Shown piece by piece: positions 38,227-48,412 of a stretch of DNA of 64,000 bases. How positions within the stretch are numbered: the stretch's first letter is position 1; each line of letters starts with the position of its first letter. Location of the stretch: contig JBPOGI010000004.1 in the NCBI GenBank assembly GCA_051251855.1, positions 1 through 64,000 on the forward strand. The letters are read 5' to 3'. The position numbers and the translations under genes were made by a program. The DNA is from Roseibacillus sp. (GTDB taxonomy: Bacteria; Verrucomicrobiota; Verrucomicrobiia; Verrucomicrobiales; Akkermansiaceae). The notes beneath the pieces were generated by a model that worked only from the letters and a program-made list of their open reading frames with translations, was not told the DNA's origin and did not search any database.

Positions 38227-38862
38227 ATGATTCGTTTCCGCCTCTTCGGCATCCCCATCACTATTCTCCCCTGGTTTTGGATCACCATGCTCTTGATCGG
38301 TTCGATCTTCATCGGTGATATAAAGACTCCGCAAGACTTCTTCGGAGTCTTACTCTTCGTAATAGCCGGATTTTTCTCAATCCTAGTCCACGAGTTAGGC
38401 CACGGTCTAACAATTAGAAAACTAGGAGCTGACACTCAAATTGTTCTGCAAGCCTTCGGAGGATTTGCCACTTACCCCCAAAACAAATTCTCTCGGCCAC
38501 AGGACTTCCTCATCACCGCAGCAGGTCCGCTCGCTCAACTGATTCTCGGAGGAATCGTTCTTATTATTTCGCTCAATATCCCCATCGAGGGCTCATTAGG
38601 TAATGTCTTTCTGAAGGCGCTTTATATGATAAGCTTCGTGTGGGCACTCTTCAACCTAGTGCCAGTCTTCCCTCTTGATGGAGGTCAGCTACTCAATGCT
38701 GTCCTTGGGCCAAAACGAAAAAATATCACCCACATTATTGGAATCATCATCGCAATAGCAGTCGGGATTTTGGGCCTCATGTCTGGCCGGCTTTTCGTCG
38801 CATTTTTTATGGGCTATTTCGCTTATCAAAATTTTCAAATCCTCCGCGGTCCTAAAACCTAG
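38227..38862 (+). CDS. Site-2 protease (M50) family membrane metalloprotease
   Basis: HELGH, AAGP and FNLVPVFPLDGG motifs. Confidence 0.93.
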   Translation: MIRFRLFGIPITILPWFWITMLLIGSIFIGDIKTPQDFFGVLLFVIAGFFSILVHELGHGLTIRKLGADTQIVLQAFGGFATYPQNKFSRPQDFLITAAGPLAQLILGGIVLIISLNIPIEGSLGNVFLKALYMISFVWALFNLVPVFPLDGGQLLNAVLGPKRKNITHIIGIIIAIAVGILGLMSGRLFVAFFMGYFAYQNFQILRGPKT

Positions 38863-38895
38863 CTCCAACCGCAAGAACTCAAGGGCTCTATTTGC

Positions 38896-39639
38896 TTAAG
38901 AAAGAAAGAGCAGCTTGGTGCCCGCAAAAATCGCAAACCCAAGAACAATCCGCTCAAACCAAACTTGCGAGACTCGCACCAGCATCCATTTGCCTGCGAT
39001 CACACCCAAGAAAATCACCGGCACCAACTTCAAATTAAAAAGAAGCGAATCCCCCGTCGTCATTCCCAACCCTCCCGTAAAGGGCAGCTTGATCAGATTG
39101 ACCAATAAGAAAAAGCGTACTCCAATCCCCACCAACTCCATCTTGGGAATCTTTCGAGAAATCAGAAAGAGCTGAAACACCGGTCCCGCCGCATTCGCCA
39201 CCATCGTCGCAAATCCTGCTACTACCCCCGCACCCGCACCATAGCTCTTCGACTCCGCAAAGACGCCGAATGATTCCGGCTTCCATTTGCGCACCAACTG
39301 CAGCGCTGCCATCATCAAAATAATGGTTCCTATGAGAGGCTTCGCAAAGTTCTCAGGCATCCAATCCAATAGGAAAAAACCCACCGTCATTCCCACCAGG
39401 GCCGGCCAAAGTAACTTCCACACCGGTGGCCAACTGCCATGCTTGCGATAGGCGGGAAAAACCATCAAGTCTGCCACGATCAACATTGGCAGCAAAATCC
39501 CCACCGAAGCCTTCCCAAACAACTCCGCCATGAGGTAGACCTGAATCACCCCGACCCCGCCGAACCCAGCCTTCGACACCCCCACCGACAGCGCCGCCAA
39601 TATCGCCATCACCCAAGCTGCCGCCGTCAAATCGAACAC
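38896..39639 (-). CDS. Sulfite exporter TauE/SafE family protein
   Basis: GVSKAGFGG, GILLPMLIVAD and TMVANAAGP motifs; about 8 TM segments. Confidence 0.88.
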   Translation of the reverse strand: MFDLTAAAWVMAILAALSVGVSKAGFGGVGVIQVYLMAELFGKASVGILLPMLIVADLMVFPAYRKHGSWPPVWKLLWPALVGMTVGFFLLDWMPENFAKPLIGTIILMMAALQLVRKWKPESFGVFAESKSYGAGAGVVAGFATMVANAAGPVFQLFLISRKIPKMELVGIGVRFFLLVNLIKLPFTGGLGMTTGDSLLFNLKLVPVIFLGVIAGKWMLVRVSQVWFERIVLGFAIFAGTKLLFLS

Positions 39640-39674
39640 GCCGCTCTTTTAAGGGAGTCGAGAACGGCTGTCGC

Positions 39675-40097
39675 TTACAAAAAGCTGCCAACCACACCCA
39701 TCACGATCGGAAGCATAAAGGCCCCCAGCCAAAAGATAGCTAAAGCCCAAGCCGACGGCCCCGCATCTCCTCCCGTCAATGCATCACACACAAAGACCAA
39801 CAAGTGACTCACCACTACCGCCGTCCCTGCTAGGAAAATCAAGGTGGTATCCAAGCCCGCGATCCCATTGGAAAAATTCAGGCCCAGTGCCATCAACCCC
39901 CAACGAATCCAGCCAAACAAGACCACCATCACCATTGTAAAAAAAGAACCCCAGCCCAGCTGGCGCCCCAAGCGCCGCCCCTTCTCAGTCGACCCCTTCA
40001 AAGAGCCTCCCAACCCGATGCGTGCAATAGGCTTCACCTCCTCGCCTTTCAACGAAGAAGAAGGAGTGGGAATGCGCCATAATTGTCTCACAAGCAT
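39675..40097 (-). CDS. Hypothetical membrane protein (3 TM)
   Basis: Three hydrophobic C-terminal segments; start uncertain (40097 or 40157). Confidence 0.55.
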   Translation of the reverse strand: MLVRQLWRIPTPSSSLKGEEVKPIARIGLGGSLKGSTEKGRRLGRQLGWGSFFTMVMVVLFGWIRWGLMALGLNFSNGIAGLDTTLIFLAGTAVVVSHLLVFVCDALTGGDAGPSAWALAIFWLGAFMLPIVMGVVGSFL

Positions 40098-40241
40098 GGG
40101 ATAGTTGTAGCGCAACTCCTCTCTGCCGACCGTTACAACCGGACATCCTTTTTCCACCTCTCGAAAAGGAGAACTAAACGGAGTCCAATTGTCTTTCGAA
40201 GCAGGACAACATCCATCGCAGAAAGCAAGGAGCGTCCTCTA

Positions 40242-40784
40242 TCAACCCACCATTTCGAGCAAACTGTCACCCACCTGCTTCAAGTGTGAAGGCTGGTTAA
40301 TCATGGCTGAGAAGGTAATCGCTCCTTCCAAGGCAGAAAAAATCACCGCCGCCATATTCTCGACCTTCTGAGGAGCCCAATCTTCATATTCAGAGCTTAT
40401 CGCTTGCTCTAGCCAATTGAGATTCTCCTGTGAGAAAGACTCGAGAGTCTCGCGAATCGACTCTGGCAAGCGACCAGATTCCGCAGCCAAAATTCCACAC
40501 AAACAAGCTCGCTTATGAATCCTCAATGAAGACTGAAAAGCCTCAATATAACGGCTCACCCCGCCTTTGCTTGCCGTTGGCTCTCCAAGACTCTCCAGGA
40601 AATCGTGGGTATATCTCTGAGCGACAGCCACCCCTAACAGCTCTTTGCTGGGAAAATGGTAGTGGATGCTGGCACTTTTGATCCCCAACTCACTAGCGAT
40701 CTGTCGAAAGCTAAAAGAATGATAACCTCCATCGCGAATCAATCTCTCGGCGCAATCGACGATTTTCTTTGCAGTGGCATTCAT
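40242..40784 (-). CDS. TetR/AcrR family regulator (AcuR/NemR-like)
   Basis: HTH GYHSFSFRQIASELGIKSASIHYHFPSKE; CLCG motif in the ligand domain. Confidence 0.93.
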   Translation of the reverse strand: MNATAKKIVDCAERLIRDGGYHSFSFRQIASELGIKSASIHYHFPSKELLGVAVAQRYTHDFLESLGEPTASKGGVSRYIEAFQSSLRIHKRACLCGILAAESGRLPESIRETLESFSQENLNWLEQAISSEYEDWAPQKVENMAAVIFSALEGAITFSAMINQPSHLKQVGDSLLEMVG

Positions 40785-40816
40785 TCTTTGAGTTCAGGAG
40801 GCCACCCATTAAGAGC

Positions 40817-40902
40817 TGACCTATCACTAGATAGAAAAAATGATTGACGCTGTCAAGAATCATGAGCAACTTGCGCTCATGAAACTACCTACTGATAGGT
40901 AG
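40817..40902. promoter_or_regulatory. Two palindromic TetR-type operator sites in the divergent promoter
   Basis: CTACCTA-CTGA-TAGGTAG at 40885-40902 and a degenerate copy TGACCTA-TCAC-TAGATAG at 40817-40834. Confidence 0.7.
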
Positions 40903-40937
40903 CCTATCGAGCGAAAACACCAATCTAAAATAGAAAT

Positions 40938-41702
40938 ATGAGCAAATCAGCAATCATCATCGGAGGATCCACAGGCATAGGTCTCGATGCCGCAAAACGT
41001 CTCGGAGCCCGAGGAGTCAAAGTCACCATCATCGGACGAAGCCAAGAGAAACTTGATACCGCCGCCGTTGAACTCAAGGCCGCTGGAGCCCCTGAAGTGA
41101 AGACCAAGTCTCTTGATCTCTACGACCGTTCCGCCGTCGACACCTTCATCTCCGAACTCGTTGCCGATACTCAATGCGGGCCTGATTACCTCGTCAATGC
41201 GGCAGGATATTTCTCCCCCGCCCCCTTCCTCGAACACACGCGTGAGAACTACGCGCAGTACCATGACCTCAACGAATCCTTCTTCTTTATCACTCAAGCC
41301 ATTGCCAAAAAAATGGTCGCTAAGAAGTCCGGTAGTATCGTCAATATCGGCTCCATGTGGGCAAAACAGGCCATCAAAGCCACCCCTTCATCGGCCTACT
41401 CTATGGCCAAGGCTGGCCTTCATGCCATGACTCAACACCTCGCAATGGAACTCGCCGAAAGCGGAGTCAGAGTGAACGCCGTTTCACCTGCAGTAGTAGA
41501 AACGCCCATTTACGGCGCCTTCATTCCACCCGCAGAGGTTCATGAGGCACTGCAGGGCTTCAACGCCTTCCACCCCATTGGTCGCATTGGCCAACCAGCG
41601 GATGTCGGAGCAGCCATTGACTTCCTCCTCAGTGACGAAGCAGCCTGGGTTACCGGAGCAATTTGGGACGTCGACGGCGGAGTCATCGCTGGTCGCAACT
41701 AA
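40938..41702 (+). CDS. SDR family NAD(P)-dependent oxidoreductase
   Basis: GGSTGIG, VNAAG, catalytic YSMAK, RVNAVSP and VDGG motifs. Confidence 0.95.
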   Translation: MSKSAIIIGGSTGIGLDAAKRLGARGVKVTIIGRSQEKLDTAAVELKAAGAPEVKTKSLDLYDRSAVDTFISELVADTQCGPDYLVNAAGYFSPAPFLEHTRENYAQYHDLNESFFFITQAIAKKMVAKKSGSIVNIGSMWAKQAIKATPSSAYSMAKAGLHAMTQHLAMELAESGVRVNAVSPAVVETPIYGAFIPPAEVHEALQGFNAFHPIGRIGQPADVGAAIDFLLSDEAAWVTGAIWDVDGGVIAGRN

Positions 41703-41714
41703 ATCGATTCTCAG

Positions 41715-41753
41715 AAAAGACAGGCTTCGATTCCAATCGATGCCTGTCTTTTT
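41715..41753 (+). terminator. Rho-independent terminator after the SDR gene
   Basis: AAAAGACAGGC-T-TCGATT-CC-AATCGA-T-GCCTGTCTTTTT. Confidence 0.8.
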
Positions 41754-41912
41754 CCTTTTCCCCATCTCCCTTTCACTCAGGCCAAACCTAGCAAAATTAG
41801 CCTTTGACGGAGCATTTTTGCCTAAACCTTCCTCAGCACTCAAAAAAACTCCCTCTCAACTCATCTTTGCAGTTCAAAAATCCCGCTTCCTCGCCTATTC
41901 CCCTCCCCACAC

Positions 41913-43193
41913 ATGAAGATCGTAGTCGCATACTCCGGAGGTCTCGATACCTCAGTTCTCCTCAAATGGCTCAAAGACAAATACTCTGCTGAGATCATCG
42001 CCTACTGCGCCGACGTCGGTCAGGACGACGAACTCGACGGCCTCGAAGAAAAAGCGCTCACCACCGGAGCCTCCAAGTGCTTCATCGGCGACCTCAAGGA
42101 AGACTTCGCCGCCAACTACATCTACCCCATGTTCCGCGCCAACGCCCTCTACGAAGGTCGCTACCTCCTCGGAACCTCCATCGCTCGCCCCTGTATCTCC
42201 AAAGGAATGGTCGATTGCGCCATCGCCGAGGGAGCCGACGCCATCGCTCACGGAGCCACCGGCAAAGGAAACGACCAAGTGCGTTTCGAACTTTCCGTGG
42301 CCGCCCTCGCCCCCCAGCTCAAGATGATCGCCCCTTGGCGCGACGACTCCTTCCGCGAAGACTTTCCCGGCCGTGCCGAGATGATTGCTTACTCCGAAGC
42401 CAACGGAATTCCCATCAAGGCTTCCATGAAAAAGCCCTACTCGATGGACCGCAACCTCCTCCACATTTCCTACGAAGCCGGAGCCCTCGAAGACACCTGG
42501 TATGACGGCACCACCGATGCCGACAAGGATATGTATACCCTCTCCGTCGCACCCGAGGACGCACCCGACAAACCCCAATACCTACAACTCCTTTTTGACA
42601 AAGGCGACGTGGTGGGCCTCAAGACTGACGGCCTCGACGAAGTTATCGCCAAGCTTGGCGACGTCACCGCCACCGGCGAAGCAGACGGCTACACCCTCCT
42701 CAACCCCTACGGCGTCATGCGCGTCCTCAACTTCCTCGGCGGAGCCCACGGCATCGGCCGCATCGATATCGTCGAAAACCGCTTTGTCGGTATGAAGTCC
42801 CGCGGCATCTACGAAACCCCGGGCGGCACCATCCTTCTCGCGGCTCATCAAGACCTCGAGACCCTCGTCATCGACCGCGAAGCCCAGCACGTGCGCGACA
42901 GCCTCATCCCCAAGTACGCCCAGCTCGTCTACAACGGTTTCTGGTTCGCCCCCGAGCGCGAAGCCATCCAAGCCCTCGTCGATAGCACCCAGGAGAAAGT
43001 CTCCGGCGAAGTGCGCGTCAAACTCTACAAAGGCAACATCATCAACTGCGGTCGCCGCAGTGTGCACACCCTCTACGACGAAGCCGTCGCCACCATGGAA
43101 GGCGGCCAAGAAGAGGCCTACAACCAGAACGACGCAACCGGCTTCATTGCCCTCAATGCTCTGCGCTTGAAGGCCAATGCAAGACAGAAGTAG
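41913..43193 (+). CDS. argG: Argininosuccinate synthase
   Basis: [32 protein letters not shown] and [17 protein letters not shown] motifs. Confidence 0.98.
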   Translation: MKIVVAYSGGLDTSVLLKWLKDKYSAEIIAYCADVGQDDELDGLEEKALTTGASKCFIGDLKEDFAANYIYPMFRANALYEGRYLLGTSIARPCISKGMVDCAIAEGADAIAHGATGKGNDQVRFELSVAALAPQLKMIAPWRDDSFREDFPGRAEMIAYSEANGIPIKASMKKPYSMDRNLLHISYEAGALEDTWYDGTTDADKDMYTLSVAPEDAPDKPQYLQLLFDKGDVVGLKTDGLDEVIAKLGDVTATGEADGYTLLNPYGVMRVLNFLGGAHGIGRIDIVENRFVGMKSRGIYETPGGTILLAAHQDLETLVIDREAQHVRDSLIPKYAQLVYNGFWFAPEREAIQALVDSTQEKVSGEVRVKLYKGNIINCGRRSVHTLYDEAVATMEGGQEEAYNQNDATGFIALNALRLKANARQK

Positions 43194-43220
43194 AAGACCT
43201 TCAACCACTCAAAGTGAAAC

Positions 43221-43251
43221 AAGGGCTGGGCATCTAACGCCCAGCCTTTTT
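43221..43251 (+). terminator. Rho-independent terminator after argG
   Basis: AAGGGCTGGGC-ATCTAAC-GCCCAGCCTTTTT, between convergent genes. Confidence 0.85.
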
Positions 43252-43267
43252 CATTGTTCACCCTTCG

Positions 43268-44242
43268 CTAATGATGATGGTCGTGGTCATGCTCTGACCT
43301 TGGGAAACGAGGCTCATTCCAATGACTCAAGTCGCGCCCTAACAACTCGCCTAACTTCGCCACTTCGGGCTCAAACTCTTCCAACAATTCCTCCTCTAGG
43401 ATAGAGTCGATTTTCTTGTCGGACATTGGGGCAAAGACTTTGTCCGCAATTTTGCGATACTTTTCTTCCAAAGACTTTCCGAAAAAGTTCTTCAATCCCC
43501 CACCCCCTGGGATTCGGTCCATCACTCGACCAACCGCCAAATCGAAATGATGAGTCCCACGCAGGGTTGGAGAATCATTCTCTCGGGTCACTTCTAATTC
43601 GACCGTCGAATCTGCTCCGAGAAAACCCAGAAGTTCCTTTAAAAACGCCTGTGGTTCTGCCGCAAAGTCTTCCCGTAAACCCACGAACACATTCTCGCGA
43701 CCAAAGGCCTCAAAGTATCGCTCCACCTGCTCTGAAAAGCGCGCGGCCTCACGATACTGCAAGCAGCCCGAAAACGCCGAACGCCGAGGGAGGTTCCGCC
43801 CCTCTTTCCGATCCGCTTCCAAACCGAGCGCCTCGCCGAAACTCACCTTATCTTCATAGGCATAACGCAGTAAGTCATGATGCCAAGAGCGCATCCAAGT
43901 CACCGGAGGGCGCAACATGATCACAATCTTCGCATTGGGCTCGAACTCTTTGATTCGAACAGGAGCTTCCTTCGAAAAAATTTTCCAAGCCGACGCTGTT
44001 CCACAAATCGAATCTTCGGGAGCGTCTTCAAACATCTTGAGATACTCCTTATCTCCTATCACCCGTAACCAATCCGCAATCCCGAGGTCGCCGCAAAAAT
44101 GAAAAGGCTCTTTGTGTAACCAAAACCGCGCGGGATCATCGCTATAGGGCATAAAGAGACCCGGATGCTGCCGAAGACATTCGTAAAGAGCCGTCGTCCC
44201 GCATTTGGCGGCACCGACGATGAAGAAACTGGGGCGATTCAT
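43268..44242 (-). CDS. PAPS-dependent sulfotransferase
   Basis: 5'-PSB motif FFIVGAAKCGTTALY..L.QHP, KEPFHF and 3'-PB motif KIVIMLRPP...RS. ATG 44242 chosen as start. Confidence 0.88.
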   Translation of the reverse strand: MNRPSFFIVGAAKCGTTALYECLRQHPGLFMPYSDDPARFWLHKEPFHFCGDLGIADWLRVIGDKEYLKMFEDAPEDSICGTASAWKIFSKEAPVRIKEFEPNAKIVIMLRPPVTWMRSWHHDLLRYAYEDKVSFGEALGLEADRKEGRNLPRRSAFSGCLQYREAARFSEQVERYFEAFGRENVFVGLREDFAAEPQAFLKELLGFLGADSTVELEVTRENDSPTLRGTHHFDLAVGRVMDRIPGGGGLKNFFGKSLEEKYRKIADKVFAPMSDKKIDSILEEELLEEFEPEVAKLGELLGRDLSHWNEPRFPRSEHDHDHHH

Positions 44243-44476
44243 AGATGAGGCGGAGACGAGGATAAACACCCTTCTCGCCAAAAAGTCGCGCTCAATATCC
44301 CACAGATGCCGTCCTTTTCTCAATATCCTCCTTCTTTCGCCAGAAAAGGCACTAGGCATCAACACAGAGAGCCCCCTCACCCCTTAAATTGGGAGGCTTC
44401 TCTTCCTTGCCAAAGACAGAGAACCTCAATTTCGGCTTTGCGCACCCAGCGTCCCTGTCACACTTCGCGGGGGAAC

Positions 44477-45145
44477 ATGACTTTTGTCTTTGGAGATATT
44501 CACGGCTGTCTTAGCTCGTTCAACGCCTTGATGGAGTTCATCTCTCCAGGTGCAGACGATGTGATAGTCACGCTTGGCGACTACACCGACCGTGGCCCAG
44601 CCTCCAAGGGCGTCCTAGACCGCCTCATCCAACTGGAACAAGAAATCAACTTGGTCGCCCTTCGAGGAAATCACGAAATCATGATGGAGGAAGCGCGATC
44701 CGGACCACCTGCCTCTTCCTTTTGGCTTCTTAACGGCGGTATCGAAACCCTCGCCTCTTACCAGTCTCGTAAGCTCTCCGATGTTCCCGAAGCTCACTGG
44801 ACATTCTTCCATTCTCTCAAGCCCTTTCATATGGTGGATCGATTCCTTCTCACCCACGCTACCCCCCCTTTCGACAAGGCCCCCGATGATTGTGACGAAG
44901 ACGAGCTCTACTGGCAGCGCTTTCACGATCTTCAACCAAGGGAAGATGGAAAATTCCTTGTCTGTGGTCACACCCCTCAAGACCAATCCATACCAGCCGT
45001 TAAGGAAGGAAACATCTGTATTGATACCGGCTGTGTTCACGGCGGATACCTCACCGCGCTCACTCTCGAAACGGGCGAGTATCTCCAAGCCAGCGAAGAA
45101 GGTGATTATCGAGATGGTGAAGTCGACCTCTCCTTTCCTGCATAG
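44477..45145 (+). CDS. PPP-family Ser/Thr phosphatase-like metallophosphoesterase
   Basis: GDIHG, LGDYTDRGP, LRGNHE, GHTP and IDTG motifs. Confidence 0.93.
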   Translation: MTFVFGDIHGCLSSFNALMEFISPGADDVIVTLGDYTDRGPASKGVLDRLIQLEQEINLVALRGNHEIMMEEARSGPPASSFWLLNGGIETLASYQSRKLSDVPEAHWTFFHSLKPFHMVDRFLLTHATPPFDKAPDDCDEDELYWQRFHDLQPREDGKFLVCGHTPQDQSIPAVKEGNICIDTGCVHGGYLTALTLETGEYLQASEEGDYRDGEVDLSFPA

Positions 45146-45179
45146 TTGAGCAACACTCAGCCATCGGGAAACGAGCTCG

Positions 45180-45779
45180 CTATCGATAGAAACGGTAGTG
45201 CCCTGTTATCGGAAAATCGAAGAGACGCCCCTCCTCTTTCGTGCCCGCTCCAATATTATGAATCACCAATGGAACTCCCTTCGAGTCCTTCTTGTCCGAG
45301 ACGATCATGATATGAGGCAACTTTCCTGCCACCGTACAGGTCACCAAATCACCGGGTAAATAGCTCTCTTTATCCTTAGTCACGGCAAGAGACTTCCCTT
45401 TGCGCGTAAGAAAGGTTCGGAGATTAGGAACTCGGCGATGATCTATACTCCGATCAGTCCTGCGCAGCCCCCAAATTTTTGGATACTTGGAGAAGTTTGC
45501 CTTCATGTCTTCATGAACCAACTTCTGCAAATCATGGCCTGCCTTTCGCAAGGCACGTATCACCACGTCAGTGCAAACTCCTGTTTCTTGGGGCACATCC
45601 CCTCCGGGATAGTCGAGAGAGACATAATCAGGCACGTAGCGAGTCGTGACTCCAATCTGTTGGCGGGCAGCTTCCGCAATCGCGTGATTGCTTTCAGCAA
45701 CGGTCTTCGCCTTCGCGACCTCTTGTCCAATGAGAATTTTCGGTAGCAACAAAAGGCTGAACAGCAGAAAGGTCTTCAC
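45180..45779 (-). CDS. DUF1287 (YijF-like) secreted protein
   Basis: YPGGDVP..TGVCTDVVIRA, IDHRRVPNL and HNIGAG motifs. Confidence 0.9.
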   Translation of the reverse strand: MKTFLLFSLLLLPKILIGQEVAKAKTVAESNHAIAEAARQQIGVTTRYVPDYVSLDYPGGDVPQETGVCTDVVIRALRKAGHDLQKLVHEDMKANFSKYPKIWGLRRTDRSIDHRRVPNLRTFLTRKGKSLAVTKDKESYLPGDLVTCTVAGKLPHIMIVSDKKDSKGVPLVIHNIGAGTKEEGRLFDFPITGHYRFYR

Positions 45780-45817
45780 CTCTTAATCATGCAGCCTTTA
45801 CCCCCGCTTTGACAAGA

Positions 45818-46297
45818 CTAGTAGTCGTTCGTCCATGAAGACTCTTCCGCAAGGGGAGGCAACAGAGAATGAGCTTCGCTTTGAGACTTCACCGGCATGA
45901 AACGACCGCCAATCGATGGCAATGGACGAAAACTGTCAGCCAACGTCTCCGTCCGAAACTCAAGAGCGGTGTAATCTTTCGCCAGACTCTCCATCAAGAC
46001 GTCTTGGGAACTTTGCTTGGACTGCAGAAGCTGCATTTGGGCCTGCACTCCAGCGAGTTGCTCAAGAAAATTATCTTGGTTCTCTTGCAAGCGAATCTGC
46101 AGGTTCTCCTCCACATCAACAAGCACCTCTTCCATCCGCTCGCCAACATCGGCTAACTCGACTTGCTGGGCTTCGACCTGTTGGCCTTCCTGAAACTCAG
46201 CGACCTGATTCTCAACTTCCTTATGATGGTTGAATCCAACAGAAGCCATGCCTCCTAGGGACATCGCTGCAGTGATAATGGTTAATTGTGGGCTCAT
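45818..46297 (-). CDS. Hypothetical coiled-coil protein, last gene of the pilus operon
   Basis: Hydrophobic N-terminus and Q/E-rich heptads; ATGA overlap with the upstream gene. Confidence 0.7.
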   Translation of the reverse strand: MSPQLTIITAAMSLGGMASVGFNHHKEVENQVAEFQEGQQVEAQQVELADVGERMEEVLVDVEENLQIRLQENQDNFLEQLAGVQAQMQLLQSKQSSQDVLMESLAKDYTALEFRTETLADSFRPLPSIGGRFMPVKSQSEAHSLLPPLAEESSWTNDY

Positions 46298-46719
46298 GAT
46301 TCTTTCTGATTTTCAGTTGATGCAGGCAAGCTCAACAGCAGTGCCTTGAGGCGATTAAGTAGTAAAGTAAGCTCTTCCTCGGACTGGGCCAGATTGATGT
46401 TCTGCTCTTCAAGGACCTCCTCCATGTTCTGCCCAGAAGCATTCTCCAAAGGATTAGAAACAGTAAATTTTGAGGCATTGTCGACGATAGGCTTCAGTCC
46501 GAAGGGTTTCACGAACACCCTCTTCTTTTCCCCATCCTTCATCTCGATCCACTTCTCGATAGCTGGCGCATCGACGAGCTCTACAACCTCCCACCCCTCC
46601 GGAACCTCCCCTTGGATCTCGAAGGTCAACGAAGCCTTTTCCTGCTCTTCAGCATAAGACGGAAACATCATGCCCCAAAGGACTAGAAAAAGGCCGACTA
46701 CTTTCATTGTCAAAGTCAT
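46294..46719 (-). CDS. Hypothetical secreted protein with C-terminal coiled coil
   Basis: Signal peptide ending SYA; operon spacing. Confidence 0.7.
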   Translation of the reverse strand: MTLTMKVVGLFLVLWGMMFPSYAEEQEKASLTFEIQGEVPEGWEVVELVDAPAIEKWIEMKDGEKKRVFVKPFGLKPIVDNASKFTVSNPLENASGQNMEEVLEEQNINLAQSEEELTLLLNRLKALLLSLPASTENQKES

Positions 46720-46735
46720 CTCTATTTTCAGAAAA

Positions 46736-47479
46736 TTAAGGATTTGCGTTCATCGCCTGACCTTCGGGTAGAACCGAATTAGGCACGGACTTCGACACCA
46801 AGAGATTCCAGCTTTCTAACAACTCAACACCATTGGCCTGAACTTCACGCACTTTCTGGAGATGTTCCTCTATGTCGCTCGCCAGTTGGTGAGCTTCAGC
46901 GATAGAACCCTCGTTCCATGACAAGACATTCTCAGGATACAAAACGGGCAAAGAGACGGTAAATTTTTCGAGCTCTCCGTTGAGGGACTCGACTTCCACG
47001 ATTTGCTCCACCCCCAAAGTTGTCGCAATCATTTGCGGTGAATGTGGGGCTTCGCTCCGCAATGGCTCTAGACCAGGTAATTCGTTGGCAATGAGCGCTT
47101 CGCTCTCAGGCCACGGTGAAAGCTCAACCTTCTCTACAGAAGGTGGGATTACATCCACAACTTCGGCAACCTCGGAACTCTCCATTTGAGAGGTCACAGC
47201 TCCCTCCTCGGCCACAATCACCGGCTTGGTTAGGTAGAGAAAAAGAAAGACAGCAGTAAGCGTCGTGCTAAAGAAGAGCAAGGGGGGGTAAAATCGAGTT
47301 AACGACTTAATTTCAGGTTTCTCTTCACGAGCATTCGGCAGCGGCCTTCCCTCTACTGCGATTGGAAGCGGCTCATTCCAGCGCTTTACCGGAAACGGCT
47401 CCACATTAGAAGTTGGTGTTCTAGCAATCAGTTCTGTGCCTTGATCAAGGCGTTGAATCTTATATCTTTCAGCGCTCAT
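46736..47479 (-). CDS. Hypothetical single-pass membrane protein
   Basis: One TM (PPLLFFSTTLTAVFLFLYL), acidic Pro-rich linker and C-terminal domain; overlaps the upstream gene. Confidence 0.7.
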   Translation of the reverse strand: MSAERYKIQRLDQGTELIARTPTSNVEPFPVKRWNEPLPIAVEGRPLPNAREEKPEIKSLTRFYPPLLFFSTTLTAVFLFLYLTKPVIVAEEGAVTSQMESSEVAEVVDVIPPSVEKVELSPWPESEALIANELPGLEPLRSEAPHSPQMIATTLGVEQIVEVESLNGELEKFTVSLPVLYPENVLSWNEGSIAEAHQLASDIEEHLQKVREVQANGVELLESWNLLVSKSVPNSVLPEGQAMNANP

Positions 47480-47924
47480 AGCGTGTTGCGTAGGTGATTT
47501 CGACATCGCTCGTCGAGGTTGGAAACTTTGTCAGAGTAAGGAGCTTAGCATTAATAACAATGTGTCGCACCACCTCCCCTTGGTCAGAAATAGCTTTCAC
47601 TCCGGGGCTCAGATTCTCGCCGGCAGCATCAAAAATGTCTCCGCTGTAGTAGATTTGAAATGCGAGAAAATTCTCATTCTGCCCTTCGGGGCTAATGCGA
47701 ACATCGATTCCGTCTGTAAAAACTCTAAAAATGAGATCGCCCTTATTAATTTCGGTGGCTTCCCCCAACTTCGTTATCACAGATTTGGTCACCTGAAAGG
47801 AACCGATCTCGCGAAATTCGGTCGTCTCCTCTCCCCTAAGCTTCGTGTCAGATGGAAGAAGTTCTCCTGCTCCCATCAAAGCGAAAGACATAAGAACAAT
47901 AGTAGCCGCAAATTTAACTCTCAT
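47469..47924 (-). CDS. Hypothetical secreted beta-rich protein
   Basis: Signal peptide; TAATG coupling to the minor pilin stop. Confidence 0.7.
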   Translation of the reverse strand: MRVKFAATIVLMSFALMGAGELLPSDTKLRGEETTEFREIGSFQVTKSVITKLGEATEINKGDLIFRVFTDGIDVRISPEGQNENFLAFQIYYSGDIFDAAGENLSPGVKAISDQGEVVRHIVINAKLLTLTKFPTSTSDVEITYATRYER

Positions 47925-48340
47925 TACTTGCCGACATCCCAAAGTGAATCGTTAGCGGAACCAGACTTGTCGTAAATATTTCCTCCACTATCGAGACAAA
48001 CAGGCGGCACAACGGTGACGTCCACGGTAAGAGTCTTGCCCTCCAAGTCCTTGGCGGTAGGAAGACTGGTTGGGCTTCCAGGAAGATATCCTGCCACTTC
48101 TACAGCGGTAAGGCTGCTCACCGCACGTTGGTGGTTGTCCGCGAGAAATTCTCGTTGAGCCACTTCAACTTCCCGCAAAACACTGGAGGCTTCTTTGCCC
48201 TTCTGCCAATCCCCAATCGAACCCGCAGAGGCAAAGAATGCACCTGTGAGCGTCAAGAGAACCAAAATGACCACCGTCATCTCGATCAAAGTTAATCCCA
48301 AGCGCCTCTGTAAGGGACGAGAACTACCACAAAGCTTCAT
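47924..48340 (-). CDS. Type IV minor pilin / pseudopilin
   Basis: Class III signal RRLG|LTLIEMTVVILVLLTL with Glu5. Confidence 0.88.
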   Translation of the reverse strand: MKLCGSSRPLQRRLGLTLIEMTVVILVLLTLTGAFFASAGSIGDWQKGKEASSVLREVEVAQREFLADNHQRAVSSLTAVEVAGYLPGSPTSLPTAKDLEGKTLTVDVTVVPPVCLDSGGNIYDKSGSANDSLWDVGK

Positions 48341-48412
48341 TTCGCTAAACTATCAAAAAAAACGTAATTTAGCACTGATTTTTTACGAAAAAATCAACTT
48401 CGGTTCCTGAAA

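Noticed and set aside
42600..42710. Insertion of about 20 aa in ArgG relative to typical sequences
   Set aside because: It is in frame, has normal codon usage and shows no intein or intron hallmarks; probably a lineage-specific loop.
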